This document shows positions 56,514-64,000 of a stretch of 64,000 nt of DNA, one piece after another. Positions within the stretch are counted from its first letter, which is position 1. Every line of letters starts with the position of its first letter. A program made the translations under genes and the position numbers. The stretch is from assembly GCA_949299165.1 (NCBI GenBank), contig CASFZJ010000002.1, positions 4,924 through 68,923 of the forward strand, written 5' to 3'. The notes under the pieces were generated by a model that was given only the letters and a program-made list of their open reading frames with translations, was not told the origin of the DNA and did no database searches. Origin of the DNA: an uncultured bacterium (GTDB lineage Bacteria > Bacillota_I > Bacilli_A > RFN20 > CAG-826).

Positions 56514-56819
56514 TTACTTTTTATTTAAGTTATTGATGGCGTTTCCGGCACTTTCTAAAATGTTTTCATTTCCATTCCGAATTTCAGCCGATGTACCGGC
56601 TGCAACAAATAAGGTATAAAACAGACCAATAACTATATCAAAAGGTATAAGAGCAAAAGCCAATATATCAAATATTAGTTGAACTAATTTTAAAGTAAAA
56701 ATATCGGTTATGATATCAACAATCCCCGTGAGAATATCACCAACAATAATTCGATATAAATAAAAAAAGATCCGTAAAGGAAAAAACAGAATAATAGCTA
56801 AAAACTTATTCATAACCAA
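56514..56819 (-). CDS. Small membrane protein (2-3 TM)
   Basis: 101 aa, hydrophobic. Confidence 0.4.
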   Translation of the reverse strand: MVMNKFLAIILFFPLRIFFYLYRIIVGDILTGIVDIITDIFTLKLVQLIFDILAFALIPFDIVIGLFYTLFVAAGTSAEIRNGNENILESAGNAINNLNKK

Positions 56820-56841
56820 ACCCCCTCTACATAATTTTCAT

Positions 56842-57393
56842 TTAAAATTTAAAACTAATTTCTATAAATTTTAAATGCTTCTTATCTTTCTCCGAAAGTA
56901 TGTACTCAGAGTCAATCTCTGGCCACTCAACTCCAATATCAGGATCGTTATACATAATTCCACCTTCATCATTTGGATGATAAAAATCATCACATTTATA
57001 AGCAAATGTCGCAGTCTCAGATAAAACTAAGAATCCATGAGCAAAGCCTCTAGGGATCATAAACATCTTCTTGTTTTCTGCACTTAATCTAACACCAAAC
57101 CATTTCCCATAAGTTTCTGAATCTTTTCTTAAATCAACCGCAACATCAAAAACTTCTCCTTCTAATACTCTAACAAGTTTTGCTTGAGGATATTGTTTTT
57201 GAAAATGAAGTCCTCTTAATACTCCTTTTGTTGAATAAGATTGATTGTCTTGAACAAAGTCATAATCAAGACCTAACTCATGAAAAGCATTTTTGTTATA
57301 AGATTCATAGAAATAACCTCTAGAATCTTCAAATACTTTTGGTTCAATAATTACTAAATCTTTGATAGGTGTAAGTGTTAGTTTCATCTTCAA
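56842..57393 (-). CDS. rfbC: dTDP-4-dehydrorhamnose 3,5-epimerase
   Basis: 183 aa, cupin-fold RmlC sequence (GVLRGLHFQ..., FHPNDEGG). Confidence 0.9.
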   Translation of the reverse strand: MKMKLTLTPIKDLVIIEPKVFEDSRGYFYESYNKNAFHELGLDYDFVQDNQSYSTKGVLRGLHFQKQYPQAKLVRVLEGEVFDVAVDLRKDSETYGKWFGVRLSAENKKMFMIPRGFAHGFLVLSETATFAYKCDDFYHPNDEGGIMYNDPDIGVEWPEIDSEYILSEKDKKHLKFIEISFKF

Positions 57394-57398
57394 TACCT

Positions 57399-58283
57399 CT
57401 AATAAATAATCTTACCTTTAGCAACATTTAAAAGGTGTTGGCCGTATTCGTTCTTTGCCATTGATTCACCAATCTCAATAAGTTTTTCTTTTGATATCCA
57501 TCCATGAATATAAGCAATTTCTTCAGGACAAGAAATTTTGATTCCTTGATGTTCTTCTAAAATCTTGATGTAGCTCGATGCATCAATAAGTGATTCATGT
57601 GTTCCTGTATCAAGCCAGGAATAACCTCTACCTAAAGTTGTAACATGAAGCTTCTTTTCTTTTAGATATACATTGTTAAGAGTTGTGATTTCGAGCTCTC
57701 CTCTTGCAGATGGTTTAATAGTTTTGGCGATAGCACTGACTCCTTTTGGATAGAAATATAAACCAGTAACACAATAATTTGATTTAGGTTTTGCAGGTTT
57801 TTCTTCTATACTAATGGCATTTCTATTTTCATCAAGTTCAACAATACCAAATCTTTCTGGATCCTTGACGTAGTATCCATAAATTGTAGCAATACCTTCT
57901 TCTGCTCTTCTAACACTATTTTCTAAATGCTTTGTTAAACCTGCTCCATAGAAAATATTGTCTCCAAGTATCATGGCACAAGGCTCATCTCCAATGAAAT
58001 CTTCCCCAATTATGAAAGCTTGAGCAAGTCCATCAGGAGATGGTTGAACAGCATATGAGAGCTTAATACCAAATTTTGATCCATCACCAAGTAGTTCTTT
58101 AAATCTTGGTGTATCAGTTGGTGTAGATATAATAAGAATATCCTTAATTCCTCCAAGCATGAGAGTCGATAAAGGATAATAAATCATTGGTTTATCATAA
58201 ATTGGAAGTAATTGTTTACTTGTAACTAAAGTAAGTGGATATAGTCTAGTACCACTTCCACCAGCTAAAATAATACCTTTCAT
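57399..58283 (-). CDS. rfbA: Glucose-1-phosphate thymidylyltransferase
   Basis: N-terminal [18 protein letters not shown] signature, 294 aa. Confidence 0.9.
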   Translation of the reverse strand: MKGIILAGGSGTRLYPLTLVTSKQLLPIYDKPMIYYPLSTLMLGGIKDILIISTPTDTPRFKELLGDGSKFGIKLSYAVQPSPDGLAQAFIIGEDFIGDEPCAMILGDNIFYGAGLTKHLENSVRRAEEGIATIYGYYVKDPERFGIVELDENRNAISIEEKPAKPKSNYCVTGLYFYPKGVSAIAKTIKPSARGELEITTLNNVYLKEKKLHVTTLGRGYSWLDTGTHESLIDASSYIKILEEHQGIKISCPEEIAYIHGWISKEKLIEIGESMAKNEYGQHLLNVAKGKIIY

Positions 58284-58306
58284 ATCAAAATCCTCGCAAA
58301 ACTAAA

Positions 58307-59326
58307 TTATTTCTTAGAATATCTTTCCATCCATTTAAGATATTCACCACTTTCAACGTGGTTTAACCATTCTTCATTTTCAAGATTCCATTTGATTGTT
58401 TCTTTAATTCCTGTGTCAAAATTGAATTCTGGTTTCCAACCAAGTTCAGTTTCAATCTTGTGTGGATCAATTGCATATCTTAAATCGTGTCCTGGTCTAT
58501 CTTTGACGTAGTTAATTAAACTTTCAGGTTTTCCTAAAGCATTTAAGATTGTTTTTACTACTTGAAGGTTTGTTCTTTCGTTGTGTCCACCAATATTATA
58601 TACTTCGCCATCTCTTCCGTTTCTTACAACAAGGTCGATTGCTGTACAGTGGTCCCCAACATATAGCCAATCTCTAACATTAGCACCATTTCCATAAACT
58701 GGTAATGATTCATCATTTTTTGCTTTTTGAATCATAAGCGGAATGAGCTTTTCTGGGAATTGATAAGGTCCATAATTATTTGAACATCTTGAAATGGTCA
58801 CTGGAAGTTTAAATGTTCTATTGTAAGCAAGAACAAGTAAATCAGCGCTTGCTTTTGATGCTGAATATGGAGATGAAGTATGTAATGGTGTAGTTTCTGT
58901 AAAGAAAAGATCTGGTCGATCTAAAGGAAGATCGCCATACACTTCATCTGTTGAAACTTGATGGAATCTTTTAATCCCATATTTTCTACATGCATCCATG
59001 AGAACTGAAGTACCAATGATATTTGTCTCTAAGAAAATTTCTGGATTTTCAATACTTCTATCAACGTGACTTTCAGCAGCAAAGTTGATAACGTAATCAA
59101 AATGCTCTTTTTCAAAAAGCTCATAGACTGCTTTTCTGTTACAAATATTTTCGTGAACAAATTTAAAGTTTGTTTTTTTCATGATTGGAACTAATGTTTC
59201 CATATTTCCAGCATATGTTAATGCATCAATACAAACATATTCATCATTTGGATATTTGTTTACCATGATATGGAGGAAATTTCCACCAATGAAACCTGCT
59301 CCACCTGTAACTAAGAATTTTGCCAT
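58307..59326 (-). CDS. rfbB: dTDP-glucose 4,6-dehydratase
   Basis: 339 aa, TGGAGFIG Rossmann motif, YSASK catalytic motif, RmlB-like throughout. Confidence 0.9.
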   Translation of the reverse strand: MAKFLVTGGAGFIGGNFLHIMVNKYPNDEYVCIDALTYAGNMETLVPIMKKTNFKFVHENICNRKAVYELFEKEHFDYVINFAAESHVDRSIENPEIFLETNIIGTSVLMDACRKYGIKRFHQVSTDEVYGDLPLDRPDLFFTETTPLHTSSPYSASKASADLLVLAYNRTFKLPVTISRCSNNYGPYQFPEKLIPLMIQKAKNDESLPVYGNGANVRDWLYVGDHCTAIDLVVRNGRDGEVYNIGGHNERTNLQVVKTILNALGKPESLINYVKDRPGHDLRYAIDPHKIETELGWKPEFNFDTGIKETIKWNLENEEWLNHVESGEYLKWMERYSKK

Positions 59327-59341
59327 ATTAATCCTCCCTAA

Positions 59342-60184
59342 TTATAACAAAGTTGAATTTTTAATTATTTCTAAAATTTTTGCGTTATCCCCATAAATGC
59401 ATGGTGACTCAGATTCTCTTTCTGGATAAACACCCCAGTTTAATTTTAATTTTATATTATTTTCACTTATATACATTAATATTTGTTCTTTCAACGAAAT
59501 AGGTTTTCCACTGGAAACATTAATAATGCCGTTTATTTTATTTTGAGTAATACACATTGATATCAATTTGCATAAACCATTTATATCGATAAAGTCAAAC
59601 TTATTGACTCCACTCGTTAAATTAAACTCTTTAATGCCTGCTTTATATGCTTTTTTAATTTTGCAGAAAACTGATGCTCCAAACTCATCATCACCATATA
59701 TATAAAAAGCTCTTAACCGTTTCCAAGAACAATTGTTTTGTTCGCATAAAAGTTTCGTACATTCTCTTAAACAATTTTTCGAAATCCCATAATAATTAGT
59801 TGGTTTGCATGGTGTATTTTCGTCAACCGCTCCTTCCCGGTAACCTACTTCATGCATTGTCCCCATAATTGCTAAATTTTTAAGTCCATTTATAACAAGA
59901 TTTTCCAAAAATTTGAAGTGTGAAGACAAATCTAAAATATGTTTATTTGAATCATGTTTAAAGCCGTCGCGCCAAGCCAAATGTACACAAACATCTGGTT
60001 CGTCAAAAAAGGAAAACAAATCTTTATTTTCGAAGTTAAAAATATCAAAATTAACAAATCTAGCACGGGAATCTATATGTGAATTATAAAGATCAACCGC
60101 AATAACTTCATGACAATGTTCGCACAAATATGTACAAACCTTTGATCCTATATAACCATTTGCACCTGTTAATAAAATTTTCAT
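59342..60184 (-). CDS. NAD-dependent epimerase/dehydratase (SDR) family protein, possibly dTDP-4-dehydrorhamnose reductase (RmlD-like)
   Basis: 280 aa, TGANGYIGS Rossmann, YxxxK (YYGISK). Its operon position upstream of rmlB-A-C suggests RmlD, but the sequence is not diagnostic. Confidence 0.5.
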   Translation of the reverse strand: MKILLTGANGYIGSKVCTYLCEHCHEVIAVDLYNSHIDSRARFVNFDIFNFENKDLFSFFDEPDVCVHLAWRDGFKHDSNKHILDLSSHFKFLENLVINGLKNLAIMGTMHEVGYREGAVDENTPCKPTNYYGISKNCLRECTKLLCEQNNCSWKRLRAFYIYGDDEFGASVFCKIKKAYKAGIKEFNLTSGVNKFDFIDINGLCKLISMCITQNKINGIINVSSGKPISLKEQILMYISENNIKLKLNWGVYPERESESPCIYGDNAKILEIIKNSTLL

Positions 60185-60269
60185 TTCTTAAAATCCCTTA
60201 ATTTTTAATCTAATTATAATAGATTTGATTTAAAAATTCTCTTTGTAAAGCATAAACTTTTAAGCAAAA

Positions 60270-61763
60270 TTATGCTTTATTTTTTTGAATTTTTTTCAAA
60301 ATAAAGTTGACTATTTGTTTTGAAGTGTTGAAAACAAGAGAATCTTTTAAAATGAGTTCAAAAATATAATACACAAATACACCTTCCAAGATAATAATTA
60401 ATAAAAGAACAAAATCATTGTGAATAACAATTTTAAGAAGATATTTAGTTAAAAAAGTGCATGCAATCATAATAACACTACTAATAAGAGGTTTAAGACC
60501 TTCTTTATAACTTTCTTTAATACCAATAAACCCACGAGAAAAATAAATTAAAAGAGGTAATTGAATAAGCTCAGCACAAACTTTACCAATAGATGTGCCA
60601 ATAGATTGATAAGAAGGTATTAACAAAAGAGTAAGAATTATATTTAAAACACTCGCCCCAAAAATAATCGCGGTTTGAATCCGTATTTTATTTGATGGCC
60701 TAAAATATAGATATCCATACAAACCATTTAAAGGTCCTAAAATAATTTGCGGAGCGAGTATATAAACTAATAAAATAACTTTTTCGTAGCCAGGACCTAG
60801 GAATAAAGGAATAAAAAGTTCGCAGATTGAATATAAACCAAAAAACAACGGCAACGCAATAATCCAAAATGCCGAAAAAGTTTGTTTAATCTTTTTCTTG
60901 ATTTCTTCTTTATCGTTTATCTCCATTAAATAAGAAATTCTGGAAAACATAATTATGCTAATAGATCCGGCTAAAACAGATAATATTTGTACAATTTTAA
61001 TTGCCATACCATAATATCCATTTTCGGCATCACTTACATTCATTATGCCCAATAAAATTTGATTCAAGTAAGTAAATAACGAAACAGATAAAGAAGGTAT
61101 AAAATAAGGAAAAGATTGTTTAATATAAATTAACGGATGAATATCATTTACGCTGATTCTAGCAAATGAGTCTCTTTTAAATCCAAAGAACATAATAACA
61201 GAGGCAAAAAGTTGCCCGGCACCCAATATTAAGCAATAAACCCAGAGATCATCACTATCTTTAATCAAAACAAAAATCAGAATAAGTGTCAAAATACGCA
61301 TTAAAATATTTCTAATACAAATTCCAACAAATCTTTCTTCGCCTTGAAAAAAGAAGGTAAAGTCCAATGCTGTTGCCAAAATATAAAGGCCAAGACTTAA
61401 ATAACATACCCACGTTCTAAGATCATTGCTTGAGAAAAAAACGTAAATTAAAAAAGCACCTAAAACCAAAATTCCAAATATCAATTTACCAATCAAAATA
61501 GAGAAAAACACACTTGTTTTTCTTACTTTATCATCTCTCGCTTCAGATATCGCTTTTGTGCCTAAATCATTAAACCCAAAAGTAGCAATCAAAACAAAAT
61601 AAGAAACTATGCTGAAATACAAAGAATATTGTCCAACAGCCTCCGGACCTAAAGTTCTAGATATAAAAGGAGTTGTGATTAGAGGAACAAGAAGCGTTAA
61701 TATCTGGTAGATAGCATTAAAAATTGTATTTATTTTTAAAGACGAGATTTTACCCATAATCAA
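60270..61763 (-). CDS. Polysaccharide biosynthesis protein / Wzx-type flippase (MOP superfamily)
   Basis: 497 aa, about 12-14 TM segments, typical Wzx topology, within the glycosyltransferase cluster. Confidence 0.7.
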   Translation of the reverse strand: MIMGKISSLKINTIFNAIYQILTLLVPLITTPFISRTLGPEAVGQYSLYFSIVSYFVLIATFGFNDLGTKAISEARDDKVRKTSVFFSILIGKLIFGILVLGAFLIYVFFSSNDLRTWVCYLSLGLYILATALDFTFFFQGEERFVGICIRNILMRILTLILIFVLIKDSDDLWVYCLILGAGQLFASVIMFFGFKRDSFARISVNDIHPLIYIKQSFPYFIPSLSVSLFTYLNQILLGIMNVSDAENGYYGMAIKIVQILSVLAGSISIIMFSRISYLMEINDKEEIKKKIKQTFSAFWIIALPLFFGLYSICELFIPLFLGPGYEKVILLVYILAPQIILGPLNGLYGYLYFRPSNKIRIQTAIIFGASVLNIILTLLLIPSYQSIGTSIGKVCAELIQLPLLIYFSRGFIGIKESYKEGLKPLISSVIMIACTFLTKYLLKIVIHNDFVLLLIIILEGVFVYYIFELILKDSLVFNTSKQIVNFILKKIQKNKA

Positions 61764-62716
61764 AACACTTTTTTTAAAAAAATAATCAAGCGGTTAATTA
61801 TATTTACCATAATGAAACACTCATGCTTTAATAATACTAGTTGAAAATATCTAATATAATTAACTGCTCCTTTTTTTATTTCTAATCCATAATGAAAATT
61901 AAGATTTGTATCATATAAAACATTTTTAGCTAACTTCTTTTTTTCTGAATTTTTCAATTTAATCTCTTTGTGGAAAATTGCTTTTGGTATTACATAGTCT
62001 AGATAAAACATCAAACAAGTTTTTCTAAATTCATTATCATCGAAAAAGGGCTTCATTGCGGACAAACTATCGCTAAATTTTATATAACAATCAGGGTCAC
62101 ATTTTGTACTTGCGTTGTATTCGTTTTTACAATAAACATATAGTGATTCAGTCAAATGATAAATTTTCTTTGAAAATTTACTTGAAGTTTCCATAAATAA
62201 AAAATCTTCGCAAAAAGACAAATCTTCATTAAAAAAAATTTTGTTATCTGTGATAAATTTTTTTCTAAAAATTTTGCTCCATACAACATATTTTGAATTT
62301 ATAGAATCCTTTTTTATTTTATTTTTATAAGATATTGCATTATTGATGTATAAGATGTCCAAGTTGTCACTTAGATGTTTTTTAGACTCTTCAAGAAAGT
62401 TATCTTTAAGATAATCATCAGCATCAACAAAACTTATAAAATCGCCCCTTGCAAGCTCAATTCCCATATTTCTACTGCTAGAGACTCCGCCATTAGTCTT
62501 ATTTAAAATTTTAATTATTTCATTATTAATTCTAGATAAATAATTAATGGTTTCTTCACTATCGCTTCCATCATTGATGACAATTATTTCATACTCAAAA
62601 TCAACATTTTTTTGATTCAAAAGAGAATCCAAACATCTTGAAAGAAAGTCTTTTTTTGTATTATATACAGGAACTACAAAACTAAGAAGCATACTTTTCC
62701 CAAACCTTAAGCTCAA
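61760..62716 (-). CDS. Family-2 glycosyltransferase
   Basis: GT-A N-terminus (VVPVYNT...VINDGSDS), DxD (VDADD). Confidence 0.75.
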   Translation of the reverse strand: MSLRFGKSMLLSFVVPVYNTKKDFLSRCLDSLLNQKNVDFEYEIIVINDGSDSEETINYLSRINNEIIKILNKTNGGVSSSRNMGIELARGDFISFVDADDYLKDNFLEESKKHLSDNLDILYINNAISYKNKIKKDSINSKYVVWSKIFRKKFITDNKIFFNEDLSFCEDFLFMETSSKFSKKIYHLTESLYVYCKNEYNASTKCDPDCYIKFSDSLSAMKPFFDDNEFRKTCLMFYLDYVIPKAIFHKEIKLKNSEKKKLAKNVLYDTNLNFHYGLEIKKGAVNYIRYFQLVLLKHECFIMVNIINRLIIFLKKVF

Positions 62717-63272
62717 AATTATATTTTTTTATTGGCCTTGCGGGTATACCAACGCAAACAGTATATGATGGCAAGTCATTCATTACAATAGCATTAGCTC
62801 CAACTATAACGTTATCCCCTATTGTTACGCCCGGAAAAACTTTTGTATCCATTCCAAAAAAACAGTTATTTCCTATGATTACATCAGAGGTTTCTAAATC
62901 ATTATTCAAAATTGTTTGATTTACATTATCATATTTATGAGAAATTGTTGTAACCATCACTCTAGAAGTAAAAGTACAATTTTTGCCAATATATAATTTG
63001 CTAGCACATGTAATATGAGCATATTGTTCAAATGTTGTACCACTTCCTATAACTATTTCTGGATTAAATTTTTGCCCTCTCCGGCTGTCCAATGCTTCAA
63101 TTCTAGCATATTCACCGAACCTAACATTTTCGCCCAATGAAATGTATTTTTTCCCATAAACTCGAATAGGCTTAAAGAAAACAGCCTTTTTGCCTAATTT
63201 TTTATAAAAAGGTTTATTAACGAAGTAAATTCTTCTTAATATCCCGTTTTTAACATCGTACCAATCTTTCAT
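62682..63272 (-). CDS. Hexapeptide-repeat (left-handed beta-helix) acetyltransferase, sugar O-acetyltransferase-like
   Basis: Repeated [LIV]G-x4 hexapeptide pattern (IGNNCFFGMDTKVFPGVTIGDNVIVGANAIV). Confidence 0.7.
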   Translation of the reverse strand: MKDWYDVKNGILRRIYFVNKPFYKKLGKKAVFFKPIRVYGKKYISLGENVRFGEYARIEALDSRRGQKFNPEIVIGSGTTFEQYAHITCASKLYIGKNCTFTSRVMVTTISHKYDNVNQTILNNDLETSDVIIGNNCFFGMDTKVFPGVTIGDNVIVGANAIVMNDLPSYTVCVGIPARPIKKYNFELKVWEKYAS

Positions 63273-63382
63273 AAATCAATAACTAACCTCCGTTAATTTT
63301 TTTATAAAACAGTCACCCTCAATATATATTATGTCCTAAAGCAATGAAGAACAAATATAAATAATATTCGTGAAATAATCAA

Positions 63383-64000
63383 CTATTTATATAAATAATC
63401 AATAATTTTGGAGAATTTTTCCAACCAAAATTTTTCATTCAATTGTTGCTCATATAAAATACGTGAATTTCTAGAATATCTGGCAATTTCATTCGAGAGA
63501 ATTGAGTTAATAATCTTTTCTGATAAAACAACGTTTTGAGTATAATTGACTTCGGTTTTCCAGCCATTATAGTCATCAATCACATAATCACCTATCCCAC
63601 CAGTATTGCTTGTAAAAATAGGCAAAGAAAACATACAAGCCTCTGAAAATACAATAGCAGAACATTCTGCTTTGGTAGGGAGAAGAAAAAAATCAGCAGA
63701 CGTATACAACTCAACCAGTTTATTAAGTTGGTCTTCATTATTTTTGTTTAACCTACCAAAAAATTTAACGTTATCGCTCAATGATTTCGATAGTTGATTT
63801 ACACCAACAATATTCAGGTTAAATTTCAAATTATATTTATTATTATTAAGCAAATTAATAGTATCAATAGCTGTATCTATCCCTTTTCTTTTATAATCTA
63901 CACCAACTAATAAAGCATTAAATTCTTTCTTTTTATAATTTTTAGGCTCTAATAACGGATTACAATCTTTAACGTATGAAGGGAACGGAATTACAGAACA
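63383..64000 (-). CDS. Family-1 (GT4-type) glycosyltransferase, C-terminal part; N-terminus beyond window end
   Basis: GT-B C-terminal motif region (LLPTKAECSAIVFSEACMFSLPIFTSNTGGIGDYV). The minus-strand frame remains open upstream of the M at 63853 to the window edge. Confidence 0.55.
   Translation of the reverse strand, partial: CSVIPFPSYVKDCNPLLEPKNYKKKEFNALLVGVDYKRKGIDTAIDTINLLNNNKYNLKFNLNIVGVNQLSKSLSDNVKFFGRLNKNNEDQLNKLVELYTSADFFLLPTKAECSAIVFSEACMFSLPIFTSNTGGIGDYVIDDYNGWKTEVNYTQNVVLSEKIINSILSNEIARYSRNSRILYEQQLNEKFWLEKFSKIIDYLYK

Noticed and set aside
59342-60184. Firm call of rmlD for the SDR gene
   Set aside because: Operon position suggests it, but the sequence shows only generic Rossmann and YxxxK motifs. 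It could equally be another nucleotide-sugar epimerase or reductase.
1-64000. Alternative genetic code (UGA=Trp) as in Mycoplasma
   Set aside because: Long housekeeping ORFs (argS, SNF2, ezrA and others) are intact under the standard code, and Trp is encoded by TGG in conserved positions (for example GDEGKGK-adjacent W in purA). The standard table 11 applies.

Overview
This is a low-GC (about 28% GC), standard-genetic-code Firmicutes-type window; Bacillus-like gene order and long insertions in housekeeping proteins suggest Erysipelotrichia or an Acholeplasma-like relative. It has two parts.

Core region, 1-26.4 kb, all seen from sequence and ORF translations:
- potDCBA spermidine/putrescine ABC transporter, then glyA, purA, purB, argS.
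- A YwqA-like SNF2 helicase, then tRNA-Arg(TCT).
- infC-rpmI-rplT with an attenuator-like leader hairpin.
- thiI, a NifS-like cysteine desulfurase, ezrA and rpsD.
- A tnpB-only IS200/IS605 element with an intact RuvC-type TnpB and a candidate right-end (RE)/omega-RNA, inserted between the rpsD leader and an alkaline-phosphatase-family gene.
- A DUF368 membrane protein and tRNA-Thr(CGT).

Accessory region, 26.5-56.5 kb, begins directly downstream of tRNA-Thr:
- Two paralogous AlbA_2/Schlafen-like proteins with a C-terminal histidine-kinase-like ATPase domain.
- A glycolipid/lipid-modification gene block: membrane NUDIX hydrolase, acyltransferase, processive GT2.
- A fused MacB-type ABC ATPase/permease.
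- A collagen-like / Flg_new / leucine-rich-repeat (LRR) surface lipoprotein carrying a 246-bp internal tandem duplication.
- A four-gene operon encoding a SipW-like signal peptidase and three secreted proteins with TasA/camelysin-type signal peptides. It is preceded by a G8 homopolymer tract and TTGCAAT inverted repeats.
- A defence-island-like segment (47.7-55.5 kb). Two diverged, oppositely oriented copies of an unrecognised overlapping-gene cassette bracket the second Schlafen-like gene, a soluble FtsH-like AAA+ zinc protease and an HTH-WYL regulator. Next to it are an orphan copy of the TnpB right-end/omega-RNA-like element and two tandem-repeat arrays.

The window ends with an rmlACB-type dTDP-rhamnose / Wzx / glycosyltransferase / acetyltransferase polysaccharide locus.

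The strongest candidates for undescribed biology are the duplicated cassette island with its orphan omega-RNA-like element and the SipW/TasA-like secretion operon with phase-variation-like promoter features. No family assignments or element functions were checked by database search or experiment; they rest on reading motifs in the ORF translations.
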